A stretch of 39,279 nucleotides of DNA, taken from NCBI GenBank assembly GCA_047514575.1, contig JAKZYH010000181.1:1-39279 (forward strand), in the 5' to 3' direction. This document shows positions 1 to 10,108 of the stretch, piece by piece. How positions within the stretch are numbered: the stretch's first letter is position 1; each line of letters opens with the position of its first letter. The notes below the pieces were generated by a model. The model was not told the DNA's origin, ran no database searches, and saw nothing but the letters and a program-made list of their open reading frames with translations. The DNA comes from Acidobacteriota bacterium (GTDB lineage Bacteria > Acidobacteriota > UBA6911 > RPQK01 > JAJDTT01). The position numbers and the translations under genes were made by a program.

Positions 1-59
1 CTCGCTAACGATTCAAGTCGTTCGCGGCTCTGTTGGACTGGGTTTTCTGTTGTTGGCAT
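1..59 (-). CDS. 5' fragment of an unknown gene running off the window (MPTTENPVQQSRERLESLA...)
   Basis: ATG at 59 and open frame to the window edge. Co-oriented with the upstream minus-strand genes. Too short to identify. Confidence 0.35.
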   Translation of the reverse strand, partial: MPTTENPVQQSRERLESLA

Positions 60-94
60 TCGGCCCCGTTTCGCCGCACTGGCCCGGGAGTGGA

Positions 95-120
95 GACCTG
101 CGACCTGCGACTTGCGACCT
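95..120. repeat. Short heptamer tandem repeat (GCGACCT-like, ~3.5 copies)
   Basis: gacct-gcgacct-gcgactt-gcgacct seen in the intergenic DNA. Confidence 0.6.
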
Positions 121-125
121 CTTGT

Positions 126-1145
126 TCAAGCCACCGAAAGATATGCCCTGATATTGCACAGGTGCTGGACGAATTCTGCCGTGATCAGGATGTTGTCGCC
201 GACCGTGGGTTCAGGACTCCAGAATTTGGTGTTTTCCCAGTGGCCGTCCTCCAGTTGGTGCTCCACGAACCAATCTCCCAGGCGAATCGTCCATTCTCGG
301 AACTGTTCTTCTCGTGTGGCGACATAGAGGAGGCCCGATCCCCATCCTGACTTGCAAAGCTGCTTGGAGTCGAACTGACATTCGTCGCTGGTCATTGAGA
401 ATCTCTGGTATTCCCGAGCCAGGTCGAGCCACTGGGTGTCGCCGGTGGCCATGTAAAGCTGGGAGAGAAAGGCGGCGGCGATGCCCCCGTTGAAGTGGTG
501 TTGCCAGGGTTCGTCCTTCTTGGTGACGTAGAAGGCCTCCTGGTCTTCTGGGTAATTCTGAACCAAGCCCTGGGAGCGGCTGTAGACGGCATAGAGTCTC
601 TTCTCCGGTTCCGGCTGCAGGTCCCAGAGCCGTTGGAACCACTCGCCAGCCTTGATGGAGGCCTCCACCCGACCCGTGAGCGCAAAGCTCATACCCGCCT
701 GAGCGGTGGGGAAGAGCTCCTGCTCAGCGTCCTCACTCCGGTCAGAGCGGGTGGCGTAGAACCCTCCGGTCTGGGGGTCCTGCCAGGTCGACAGCTGCTC
801 GGTGCCGCGGCGCACCAGATCGATCCGTCCCAGCAGGCTGGAGCCGAAGATCAGACAGGCGAGTGGATAGGAGCCATAGCGTGGATCCTCGGGGCCTTGT
901 GTCGAGATTCCCTCCAGGCGACCCTCCGGGGTCATCATGTTGTGATCGATCCAATCCAGCAGGCAGTGGCCCGCCGAGACTTCCCCCATAAGCGCGAAGG
1001 CCCAGGGTACCCGGTAGTAGAAGATTCGTTCTTCGACGGGTCCCACTGAGCCGTCTGGATTGATGTGATTCAGAATCCAGTCAGTCCCAATACGGCACGC
1101 CTTTGCGTAGGTCTCGAGCTTGGCGTCGATGTCAATTGTCAGCAT
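126..1145 (-). CDS. Hypothetical protein, probable (alpha/alpha)-barrel (prenyltransferase/six-hairpin glycosidase-like) fold
   Basis: Long ORF with GGAGG RBS before ATG 1145 (MLTIDID). Repeated W/Q-x-x-D/T-G motifs (WQDPQTGGF, HQLEDGHW) and LYxATGD-x-x-WL motifs. The fold is an inference. Confidence 0.6.
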   Translation of the reverse strand: MLTIDIDAKLETYAKACRIGTDWILNHINPDGSVGPVEERIFYYRVPWAFALMGEVSAGHCLLDWIDHNMMTPEGRLEGISTQGPEDPRYGSYPLACLIFGSSLLGRIDLVRRGTEQLSTWQDPQTGGFYATRSDRSEDAEQELFPTAQAGMSFALTGRVEASIKAGEWFQRLWDLQPEPEKRLYAVYSRSQGLVQNYPEDQEAFYVTKKDEPWQHHFNGGIAAAFLSQLYMATGDTQWLDLAREYQRFSMTSDECQFDSKQLCKSGWGSGLLYVATREEQFREWTIRLGDWFVEHQLEDGHWENTKFWSPEPTVGDNILITAEFVQHLCNIRAYLSVA

Positions 1146-1225
1146 GGCTCCTCCCGTTACCAGCGAATATACTCGAAGCGATGGAAGAGACACAACATCT
1201 AGCCGCTCACTGTTTTTTGGCCTAC

Positions 1226-1302
1226 GTAGCTTTGGCCTCCAGGCCGAAGTTCTCCTGTCGAGCCGTTGGCTCGAAAGACGGCGGCCTGGAGCCCACCGCC
1301 AC
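1226..1302. repeat. Inverted pair of REP-like hairpins (REPIN/BIME-like)
   Basis: GTAG+ctttggcct-cc-aggccgaag at 1226-1249 (+). GTGG+cggtgggctccaggccgccg at 1279-1302 (-). Central hairpin tcgagcc-gtt-ggctcga at 1258-1274. Confidence 0.65.
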
Positions 1303-1320
1303 TAGTGGGCTTCACAAAAC

Positions 1321-3117
1321 CTACCATCCCAGCGCGTAGCAGCATCTGCGAGGATCCGATCCGGTAGCCATAACGCCAGTTTCGGGATCGCGGCGAGCGA
1401 TGGTGGCTCCCATTCCACAGACCGTGGAGGGTACCAACCGATGTCCCAGGGCCCGGAGCTGCTCCCAGGTGGACTCGGAGAATCCGTCTTCCAGGGAGAG
1501 TTGACCCGGCAGACACTCATGCGGATGGAAGGAGTTGGGAGCAGAGTCGCAGCCGAAGCGCGGAGCTTCGATGGCCTGCTGGGGATCCATGTCGAAGACC
1601 AGGGTATTGAGCATCAGCTGGAGGTTGGCCTGGGCTTGATGATCTCCTCCAGGACAACCGAAGGTGATGACCGGAGTTCCGCCTTTGAGCACCAGGTAAT
1701 TGACCAGAGTGGTGCGAGGGCGCTTGCCCGGGACCAGCACGTTGGGATGCCCTTCCGCCAACTGGAACATCTCGATCCGGGTGCTGAGAGCGAAACCCAG
1801 CTCCGGGAAGAAAACTGATTTCCCGAAAGAGCCCCCACTGGGCGTAGCGCAGACTAGGTTGCCCTCCCGATCGACAGCTGCGATGTGAGTGGTGCCCTGC
1901 TCCTGCGAGGAGGGGGCTCCCGGTGCGCCCGCTGGTCTGGAGCTGTTTGGAAGAGGAGCCGGAGGCCGATCTTCTTCGGAATGCAACCAGGGGTCTCCGG
2001 GCGGAGGCAGCTGCGGCTGTGCGCGATCGGGATCGATGAGGCGGGAGCGACGCAAGGCGTATTCCTTGGAGAGGAGGCCGTCCAGGGGGATCGCCGCGAA
2101 CTCGGGGTCGCCGAAGTGGGCTTCGCGGTCGGCCAGCGCCAACTTGAGGGCTTCCACCACCGTGTGAACGTAGGTCGGCGAATTGTGTCCCATGGACTTC
2201 AGGTCCAAGTGCTCGAGCATGTTGAGTGTCAGTTGGAGTACCGAGGCCTGAGACCAGGTGCTTTGGCCACAGATTTCGTATCCCAGGAAACTCGTGCGTG
2301 CGGGATCCTCGAACCGGGCCTGGTATGTGTCCAAGTCTTCCAGCTCTAGAACACCACCAACTCTTTTCGAGGACTCCACCAGAGTCCGAGCCAGGTCGCC
2401 CCGGTAGAAGTCGTCCCGGGCCGACCGAATGCCGTCGAGTCTTTGACCCGAAGCCCCACATGCCGCCAGGCTCTCGAGGGTCGTTGCCAGGCCTGGCTGC
2501 CGCAACAGTGCCCCGGGTCGGGGAAGGGATCCTCGATCGTAGAAAATCTCTGAGCCTCCTGGGGGATACAGCGCAAACTGCTCGCGGGTCGCCTGGGAGT
2601 CGAGGGCGTCGATCATGTACTCGTAGTGCGGAAATCCACCCCTGGCCAGCCGAATGGCCGGCTCCAGAACGCGCGGTAGACTCAAGGTCCCGTACCGCTC
2701 CAGCAGTGAAAAATAGGCACCAACTGCTCCCGGAACGGTGAAGGACAGGTGGGCCAGGGAACCGGGTCCTGTAGGGATACAATCGAGTCCCTGGTCCTGG
2801 TAGAAGTCAACCGTGGCCCGAGCCGGAGCCTGGCCCTGACCGCTCAAGGAGAGAAGGTCGCCACTGGCGGCGTGGTGAAACATGAACACTGACTCGGCAC
2901 CTAGCGAGTAGGACGCGATTGGCTCGGTGACCGCAGCGGCGAAGCTCGCGGCAACCACCGCGTCAAAGGCATTTCCACCGGCGAGCAGCATCTGCATTCC
3001 AGCCATCGAGGTCAGGTAATGACCGCTGGAAATCAGTCCCTCGGTGGCGTAGATAACGGGTCGCCCGGTGAGAGGGCGTCCCCCGGCATCGGTCTGAGCT
3101 TTGAGTGGTTTTTCCAT
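1321..3117 (-). CDS. ggt: Gamma-glutamyltransferase family protein
   Basis: GGNAFDAVVA, VPGAV, nucleophile motif GTTHIAAVD, PGKRPRTTL, GCPGGDHQ and terminal DPRR. Confidence 0.9.
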   Translation of the reverse strand: MEKPLKAQTDAGGRPLTGRPVIYATEGLISSGHYLTSMAGMQMLLAGGNAFDAVVAASFAAAVTEPIASYSLGAESVFMFHHAASGDLLSLSGQGQAPARATVDFYQDQGLDCIPTGPGSLAHLSFTVPGAVGAYFSLLERYGTLSLPRVLEPAIRLARGGFPHYEYMIDALDSQATREQFALYPPGGSEIFYDRGSLPRPGALLRQPGLATTLESLAACGASGQRLDGIRSARDDFYRGDLARTLVESSKRVGGVLELEDLDTYQARFEDPARTSFLGYEICGQSTWSQASVLQLTLNMLEHLDLKSMGHNSPTYVHTVVEALKLALADREAHFGDPEFAAIPLDGLLSKEYALRRSRLIDPDRAQPQLPPPGDPWLHSEEDRPPAPLPNSSRPAGAPGAPSSQEQGTTHIAAVDREGNLVCATPSGGSFGKSVFFPELGFALSTRIEMFQLAEGHPNVLVPGKRPRTTLVNYLVLKGGTPVITFGCPGGDHQAQANLQLMLNTLVFDMDPQQAIEAPRFGCDSAPNSFHPHECLPGQLSLEDGFSESTWEQLRALGHRLVPSTVCGMGATIARRDPETGVMATGSDPRRCCYALGW

Positions 3118-3158
3118 GGCGACGAATCCTACTGAATATGCTCCGAAAAGGGGAGTCG

Positions 3159-5399
3159 TTACCGTTTAGGGTGGCGGCTCAAGGCAGCAATTTCCTCACC
3201 GCTGAGGACCCTCCTCACCACCAGGATGTCGTCGACCCATCCCCGGAGCTGATTGTCGGGCGGCGCCGTAACCTTGTCCCGGTAGGTGATTAAGCGGCCT
3301 CCTTGATCCTCTCCTACCCTGAGATTGGCTGCCAGATGGATCCCCGCCTCTGAGGAAGAACCTGGAGGCCGGCGCAGATCGATGATCGAACCGTCATAGT
3401 AGAGGTGCATCGTCCCCGCACTGATGCGTTTCGAAGCAACCTCGTATCCGTCGAGATAGAGCTTCACTTCCCCCCGATCGTGAGTCGCCGCAAAATGGTG
3501 GTAGCGTCCATCACGGAAGAAGCGCGGTCTTGACTGCACCCTTTGTCCGTTGAGGGTGAGGGAAAGGGTGCCGACACTTGGGTTCACGTCGAAGATCAGC
3601 TCGCCGCTAACGGGAGTGCCGCTGCCGCGATGGGTGCTGAACAGTCGAGCCATTTTCTGTTCTTCGGTGCGCATCCGGGCCGCCAGGCTGAACTGGGTTC
3701 CCAGGTGGGAGGTGCCCAGGATTTCGAACGTATCTAGGGTGTTTCCGTCTCCCCTGAAATGCAGGGCCGATCCCCCTCGCGCCGATGGATCGGGATCGGG
3801 AGCCACGAGAACCCGGTTGTGGAAACGGGCCTGCTGTAGACCGTCCTCCGCCTCCTCATCGGTAGCCGTGGTCCCTTCGTCCTTTTCGAAGGTGAAAGAG
3901 ACCTCCAAGGGAGACTTCGGAGTCTTCAACAGCACCTTCTCTCCGGCTCTAAAGGAGTACAGGGCGGCATTGACCAGCAGAAAGCGAAATCGGATGCTGT
4001 CTTGCGTCTTGGGCAGGTCGCTTCGAGAGCCCCAGGTTACCTTTTGATCGACGGAGTCGACTGCAACCGGATCGCAGTCGTCCCGGGAGTATCCGTCGAT
4101 GACGTTGCCCTCGCGATCCAGCACCTCGACCTTCACCCAACCCCCACTAGCATCGGTGTTCAGGTGCAACTCGCCGTCGCTCCCGATGAGGGGCCTGGTG
4201 GTGACTGTCCCCATTTGGTCGCCGGCGTCGAGCGAGGCGAAGCCATCCTTCCTCAGCGTCGCCAATCCGATGGCGCCCTGGCCTTTCCCGGTGTGATACT
4301 CGTTGAAACCACCGTAGTAGAGGCGGATCTTGTCCCCTTCAACCAGAGGCTGATTCAAGGTCGCGATCGTACCCTCATCCCAGCTGCCGGCCTCGCCTAA
4401 GGGCAGGATAGGCGGTCGATCACCCTCCTGCCTCGTCCAGTGAACTCTGTCATGGCTGCTGACGAGTTCGGTGAAGATTCGACCCTCGTTCTTGCCATCC
4501 TCGATTCTGAAGATCCACAAAAATCCCAGATAGCTGGACTCGTAGGCAAAGGCACTGAGACCATAGAGATCGGTGTGCTGCCCGTCCTTCGTCACCCAAC
4601 GGTCGTCTACTTCGTCAGGAACCAGAATCAACTCCGCTGGAGGCCATTCTTCGAAGTCGGTGGTGCTGGTGAAGCCTATGCAACGCCGGCGATAGCCTCG
4701 CACTGGAGCAAAGGTCTTCGGATAGCCCAGGTAGCGTTCGGTATGAGGATCCCAGACGAAGTTCCCGACATCACCCGGATCCACCAGGACGGGGTTTTCT
4801 TTTACTTCGGTCCAGCGGATGCCGTCCGGCGAATAGGCCGCCCAGAAACCGCTAGTCACGTGATCGGGCGGCGTGCGACCGTAGTCATAGTTGATCAACT
4901 TATAGCGTTTCTGCGGATCCGGTTCCCAGGGAGTGTGAATAACCTGGGGCATGTGATCTTCCTTGGATCGCCAGAAGATGAGGTTGTTTTCGGTCGTCCC
5001 GTCCCATTCCACCAGCCCCAGGTTGGGTTTGTCCCAGTTGATGCCATCCTGGCTGGTGGCATACAGGTTGAGATATCCGTCGGCCGAAGCGTGATACCAG
5101 AGGCGGTAGCCCAGGCCCTCCTCATGAGGCAGAACGGTTCCGTAGACGAATACACGATTCTCTTCCCAGGGCTTGTCTCCCGTGAGCACCGGATTGCCGG
5201 AGTACTTCTCGAAGGGATGATAAGTCCTGGTCAGCCCCTCCCTGGTCTCCACCAGATGGTCATCGACGAACAGCTGCCAGGGGCCGCTGAGGTCTCCAAG
5301 AGACCGGGATTCAAGCGGGGCCTCTAGAGCTTTCTCGGAAGCTGTACAAGCACCATAGATGAGCAAGAAGAGCGCAAGGAATCCCAGGCGATTTTTCAT
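3159..5399 (-). CDS. Putative lipoprotein glycoside hydrolase (five-bladed beta-propeller, GH32/43-like) with C-terminal LamG/ConA-like domain
   Basis: Signal/lipobox MKNRLGFLALFLLIYGAC. QLFVDDHLV, YATSQDGINWDKPNLG, SPDGIRW and GLATLRKDGFASL motifs. C-terminal HFAATHDRGEVKLYLDG...GWVDDILVVRRVLS is LamG-like. Confidence 0.7.
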   Translation of the reverse strand: MKNRLGFLALFLLIYGACTASEKALEAPLESRSLGDLSGPWQLFVDDHLVETREGLTRTYHPFEKYSGNPVLTGDKPWEENRVFVYGTVLPHEEGLGYRLWYHASADGYLNLYATSQDGINWDKPNLGLVEWDGTTENNLIFWRSKEDHMPQVIHTPWEPDPQKRYKLINYDYGRTPPDHVTSGFWAAYSPDGIRWTEVKENPVLVDPGDVGNFVWDPHTERYLGYPKTFAPVRGYRRRCIGFTSTTDFEEWPPAELILVPDEVDDRWVTKDGQHTDLYGLSAFAYESSYLGFLWIFRIEDGKNEGRIFTELVSSHDRVHWTRQEGDRPPILPLGEAGSWDEGTIATLNQPLVEGDKIRLYYGGFNEYHTGKGQGAIGLATLRKDGFASLDAGDQMGTVTTRPLIGSDGELHLNTDASGGWVKVEVLDREGNVIDGYSRDDCDPVAVDSVDQKVTWGSRSDLPKTQDSIRFRFLLVNAALYSFRAGEKVLLKTPKSPLEVSFTFEKDEGTTATDEEAEDGLQQARFHNRVLVAPDPDPSARGGSALHFRGDGNTLDTFEILGTSHLGTQFSLAARMRTEEQKMARLFSTHRGSGTPVSGELIFDVNPSVGTLSLTLNGQRVQSRPRFFRDGRYHHFAATHDRGEVKLYLDGYEVASKRISAGTMHLYYDGSIIDLRRPPGSSSEAGIHLAANLRVGEDQGGRLITYRDKVTAPPDNQLRGWVDDILVVRRVLSGEEIAALSRHPKR

Positions 5400-5666
5400 G
5401 ATCTTTCCCCCCTGGCCCCTCATTTGATGACATTCCGGGTCCCACTATCAAGCGTCCGACGATCGGGAGGCGCGCTGAGAGAGCTCGCGGCGCAACACCG
5501 ATACGGCCACAGAGGTGTTCCAAGCTAGAGCGGAAAGGGGATCTTGCGCCGCGGGCCGATTCGAAATACCCTACCTCAGCCTGATCCGAAGGCCCCGGTT
5601 TTTAACGTATATCGGGTGAGAAGACCCATTTTAGATGTTCTTGTTCTTCCAGGATTTGAGGGCAAG

Positions 5667-7230
5667 ATGTTCGACCTGATCATAAAGAATGGCACCCTGA
5701 TCGATGGTAGCGGAGCCCCTCGTTATCGAGCGGACGTGGGAATAGATAAGGATCGCGTTCAGCAAATCGGCGATTTGAAGGAGGCCGAAGCCGGGCGCAT
5801 GATTGATGCAGGCGGCAAGATCGTTGCTCCAGGGTTCGTGGATGTCCACAATCACTCGGATGCCTGGTTGCTGAAGAAACCCCACATGTTTTCCAAGACC
5901 AGTCAGGGGTTTACGTCCGAAGTCATCATGGCGGACGGGATTTCCTATGCCCCCGTCAATAGGCACACCGCCCATCATTGGATCTACTATCTACGGTCAC
6001 TCAACGCACTGCGTTTCGAAGAGTACCAGGGCTGGGAGACCCTGGCCGATTACATGTCGTTGTTGGATGGTAGCAATGTGCAGAACAGCATCCCCCACAT
6101 ACCCTACGCCAACGTGCGGGCCCTCGCCTGTGGGTTTGGCTCGCGCCGTCCCGATGACAAGCAAGATGGAGCTAATCCAGGGGGAAATCGAAAAGGGTAT
6201 GGAAGCCGGCGCGGTGGGGATCTCGCCTGGATTGGACTACATCGTTGAATGCTTCGCTAGCACCGACGAACTCGTGGAGGCCTGTCAGGTTATGTCACCC
6301 GTGAGAGGCCTCTACGTGACGCACATGCGCTACAAGAAAGGGATTATGAGGGCTCTCGCAGAAGCGGTCGAGATCGGGAAGCGAGCCGATGTCCCCGTCC
6401 ATATCTCGCACCTGAAGGCCTCCGACGCTCGAGAGGCGGAAGAGATATTGACCTATGTAGACAGCGTTGCGACCCAGGAGGTCGACTTCTCTTTCGATGT
6501 CTACCCCTACCTGGCCGGCTCCACAATGCTGAACTTCTTTTTACCCTACGAAGTCTGGGAGGAGGGCCCTTTGTTTGCTCTCGCTAGACTCCAGGAGCCG
6601 CTCATCCGGGACAAGATTTTCACCAGCCCAGGTCGCTTTTCGCTGGAGAAGTTGGTGATTGCGTGGGTCGCCAGCAAAGAGAACAGTCACTACCAGGGGA
6701 TGACGCTTGGAGAGTATTTCTCCAGCACGAAGCTCCCGCCAGTCGATGCCTTCTGCGATCTACTGATCGAGGAGGGTCTGGCCGTTCTTGCGGTAAGCCC
6801 GGGCAGTGAGGAGGGCGTAATCGCACCTTTGCTCGCTCATCCTTGCTACATGCTGGGCTCCGACGGTATCTATCAGGAAGGCGGAGTCATTCACCCCAGA
6901 CAGTATGGTTCGGCGACTCGACTTCTCGGACCCTGCGTCCGAGATGAGAAGCTGTTTTCCCTGGAGCAGGCGGTGCAAAAGCTGAGTGGTATCCCGGCAC
7001 GGCGGTTCGGTCTTCGCCAGCGGGGAACCGTCGAAGAAGGAAACTACGCCGATCTGGTTGTTTTTGACGAAGCCCAGGTTTGCGATCAAGCCAGCTTCGA
7101 AGACCCCCATCAGTATTCGGTCGGCATCGAACATGTCCTGGTTAACGGTGTGCCCATCATCGAAGGGAGTCAGCCTGTCCCCAACCTCTCCACACCCCTG
7201 CCAGGCCGGGCGCTCAGTTTTGGCGGCTGA
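5667..7230 (+). pseudogene. N-acyl-D-amino-acid deacylase (D-aminoacylase) family amidohydrolase, frameshifted near 6158-6165
   Basis: N-part [16 protein letters not shown]...[11 protein letters not shown] in one frame. C-part (THMR, VHISHLK, GSDG, ADLVVFD, GIEHVLVNG) continues in the +1 frame from ATG 6166. Confidence 0.8.
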
Positions 7231-7439
7231 AGAGGAGCCGGTGCGATCTTCTTGTGCTTCGTAGGCTCCTCTCCTTGTAGCTCTGATGCAACAGGTTGTG
7301 GCTTTCGGTTCACACTCAAGGCTCTGCCCAAGCCGGAGAGTGCCCGCTAGGAACGGGTCTTCGGTCTGGTTGTGTTCTTGCATCAAGAAAAGTCCTTCGG
7401 ATTCTCGAAGTCTTCGAAACGGGGAGCTGGAAAGCAGAG

Positions 7440-8312
7440 ATGCAAACCACGATCAAGGGTCCTGTCAAGGTCTCGGGAGTGGGTCTTCATACGGGTTGTC
7501 AGGTCTCACTGGAGTTGAAGCCGGCTCCACAGAACACTGGCATCGTTTTTCGGCGGATCGATCTTCAGAACTTCGAGATCGAGGCCTTACGCAACCACGT
7601 CTCACGCGTGGTACTTGCCACGACGCTGATGAAGCGAGGCGTGATGCTCTCGACAGTAGAGCATATTCTGTCAGCCCTGTACGGGCTCGGACTGGACAAT
7701 GTTTACCTGGATATTGACTCGCTGGAAGTCCCGATTCTGGATGGTTCGGCACTTCCCTTTGTCGAAGCCGTGCTCTCCGTGGGCATCGAGGAGCAGTCGG
7801 ATGAGCGGGTCCTTCTGAAAGTAGACAAGCCGATTCGTCTGGAGGATGGTGAGAAGTTCATCTCGATCGAGCCCTTCCCCACATTTCGGATCTCCTATGA
7901 GATAGAGTTCGCCCATCCGGCCATCGGTCGCCAGGAGATCGACCTGGAAATGAGTCCGGAGAGCTACGCCCGAGAGATTGCCTTTGCCCGAACCTTCGGC
8001 TTCTATGCGGAGGTCAAGCAGCTCCAGGACAAAGGGCTGATTCGGGGCGGATCGTTCGACAACGCCGTGGTCTTAAGTGATGATGGGATCATGAATGGCG
8101 AGCTGAGGGCGCCGGACGAGTTTGTCCGCCACAAGATGTTGGATTTGATCGGTGACGTTTCCCTTTGTGGATGGCCGATTATTGGTCACGTCAAGGCACA
8201 CAAGGCCGGTCACGCCTTGCACACCGCCCTGGCGACGGCCATCTTCCGCAATCCTTCCTTTTTCTCCAGAGTCAAACAGACAGACCCAATCGGGTGCACG
8301 ACACGAAAGTGA
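7440..8312 (+). CDS. lpxC: UDP-3-O-acyl-N-acetylglucosamine deacetylase; last codons replaced by IS sequence
   Basis: MQTTIK..SGVGLHTG, STVEHILSAL, EVPILDGSA, ARTFGF, EFVRHKMLDLIGD and KAGH motifs. Confidence 0.95.
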   Translation: MQTTIKGPVKVSGVGLHTGCQVSLELKPAPQNTGIVFRRIDLQNFEIEALRNHVSRVVLATTLMKRGVMLSTVEHILSALYGLGLDNVYLDIDSLEVPILDGSALPFVEAVLSVGIEEQSDERVLLKVDKPIRLEDGEKFISIEPFPTFRISYEIEFAHPAIGRQEIDLEMSPESYAREIAFARTFGFYAEVKQLQDKGLIRGGSFDNAVVLSDDGIMNGELRAPDEFVRHKMLDLIGDVSLCGWPIIGHVKAHKAGHALHTALATAIFRNPSFFSRVKQTDPIGCTTRK

Positions 8313-8396
8313 TGTTGTTGGTAAAGGCCAGAGAACGTCAGGGATTGCAGCTAGACTGTCTGACAGTTATATTAACTGTCAGACAGGAGGATTCCC

Positions 8397-8816
8397 ATGT
8401 CCCCAGAGGCTTCCCCTCAGAGCCCACTGGAACCACGGCGCCAACAGTTGAAACAGGCCTTGCTCGAGCTGGGCGATCTGCGTCCCGGATGCCTGGTGGC
8501 ACGCTACCGCCGCTGCGGCAAGGCCAACTGTCACTGTGCCCAGTCCGGGGACCCCGGCCACGGGCCCAGCTTCTCCTTGACCCGTCGCGTGGGCGACAAA
8601 ACCATCACCAAGATCATTCCACCGGGGCCCGCGGTCGAACAGACTCAGGAGCAGATCGCGGAATATCATCGATTGCGGAGCCTGCTCCAGGAGCTGGTGG
8701 AGGTCAGCGAGCAGATTTGTCAGGCCAAACTGGAGGCTCTGCCGGCCCCTACGGGCGAAAAAAAGGGCTCCAAAAGACGCTCGCGCAGGAGGTCCGGCGA
8801 GAAGTCCAGGTCCTGA
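8397..8816 (+). CDS. ISKra4 upstream ORF (Cys/His-rich, DUF6788-like); likely the N-terminus of a frameshift fusion with the transposase
   Basis: GGAGG RBS. RRCGKANCHC...GHGP motif. A_AAA_AAG at 8759-8765. Confidence 0.75.
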   Translation: MSPEASPQSPLEPRRQQLKQALLELGDLRPGCLVARYRRCGKANCHCAQSGDPGHGPSFSLTRRVGDKTITKIIPPGPAVEQTQEQIAEYHRLRSLLQELVEVSEQICQAKLEALPAPTGEKKGSKRRSRRRSGEKSRS

Positions 8817-10108
8817 TGGGGCCAGCGGCGGCCGAGGCCCTGGACTTTGAAGCCCTGGAGACCGCGGTTCGGCGCCAAGTCTTGGAGGTGGCGGCCCGGA
8901 CGGTGGAAGATCATCTCAACCAGGATCATACGGATACCGTCACCGGACTCAGCTGCCCCTGTGGAGGACGAGCCCGGCACGCGGGTCGGCGAGAGAAGCA
9001 GTTTACGACCGTGCTGGGGCCGATGCGATTGCAGCGGGCGTACTATCACTGCCCGGATTGCGGCGAAGGCTTTTGTCCCCGGGACCGAGAGCTGGGACTG
9101 GAGGACCGCTCCTTGTCTCCCGCCCTGGTACGGATGGTGGGGGCGGCCGCCTCCATGGTCAGCTTTCAAGAAAGCAGCGAGCTGTTGGACGAATTAGCCG
9201 GGGTTGAGGTGGGGGCCAAACAAGTGGAACGGTGTGCGGAGTCCCTGGGAGAGGACATCGCTCACTATGAGCGCGAGGTGGTCGAGCCGGACTCGCGGGT
9301 CTCTCTTCCTGCGACGCTCTATCTGGGGATAGACGGCACGGGCGTGCCCATGCGAGCGCCCGAACTACAAGGGCGAGCAGGCAAACAACCGGAGGGCTCG
9401 GCCCGGACCCGAGAGGCCAAGCTCTGCACGGTTTGGAGTGCGGAGAAACGGGATGAGCAGGGCCGGCCCCTGCGAGATCCGGACTCGGTAACCTACACCG
9501 CCGCGATCGAAAGCGCCGCCTCCTTGGACACCGATCATCAGCTTTCGGACTTCGCCCAGCGGGTGGAGCGGGAAGCCCAGCGCCGCCGCTTTGAACAAGC
9601 GCCCCGACAAGTCCTCTTAGGCGACGGAGCGAAATGGATCTGGAACCTGGCCGGGGAACTGTTCCCGGAGGCGGTACAGATTCTCGATCGCTTCCACGCC
9701 AAAGAGCGACTTCATGAGCTGTCCAAGAGTTTGTATGGAGATCGCGACTTGAGCCAAGACTGGGCCGAACAACGTTGCCGGGAACTCGATGCCGGTCGGA
9801 TCGAGGCGATCCTTTCGGCCCTCGCCACCGAGACGCAGCATCACGAAGAGGCTCGAGCGGCCTATGGCTACTTTCAAGAGAACGGCCATCGGATGCGCTA
9901 CGCTCGATTCGAGGCGCTCGGGCTGTGCACCTCTACCGGAGTGGTGGAAGCCGGCTGCAAGAACGCGATCGGCGCTCGACTCAAACGATCCGGAATGCAT
10001 TGGAGCGTGCGGGGAGCCAACGCCATCATGGCCCTTCGTTGCGCTCGCCTCAGTGGACGCTTTGAGGATTTTTGGGAGTGGAAGGCCGACCATAAAGCTG
10101 CAGCATGA
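8759..10108 (+). CDS. ISKra4-family DDE transposase (-1 frame relative to upstream ORF)
   Basis: CPCG and YYHCPDC Zn motifs, YLGIDGTGVPM, LGDGAKWIWN, ILDRFHA, TGVVEAGCK, RLKRSGMHW. Confidence 0.9.
   Translation, partial: KKGLQKTLAQEVRREVQVLMGPAAAEALDFEALETAVRRQVLEVAARTVEDHLNQDHTDTVTGLSCPCGGRARHAGRREKQFTTVLGPMRLQRAYYHCPDCGEGFCPRDRELGLEDRSLSPALVRMVGAAASMVSFQESSELLDELAGVEVGAKQVERCAESLGEDIAHYEREVVEPDSRVSLPATLYLGIDGTGVPMRAPELQGRAGKQPEGSARTREAKLCTVWSAEKRDEQGRPLRDPDSVTYTAAIESAASLDTDHQLSDFAQRVEREAQRRRFEQAPRQVLLGDGAKWIWNLAGELFPEAVQILDRFHAKERLHELSKSLYGDRDLSQDWAEQRCRELDAGRIEAILSALATETQHHEEARAAYGYFQENGHRMRYARFEALGLCTSTGVVEAGCKNAIGARLKRSGMHWSVRGANAIMALRCARLSGRFEDFWEWKADHKAAA

Noticed and set aside
8165-8396. 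647-aa transposase starting at 8165
   Set aside because: The start lies outside the IS and overlaps lpxC. The real product more likely arises from 8397 via a frameshift.
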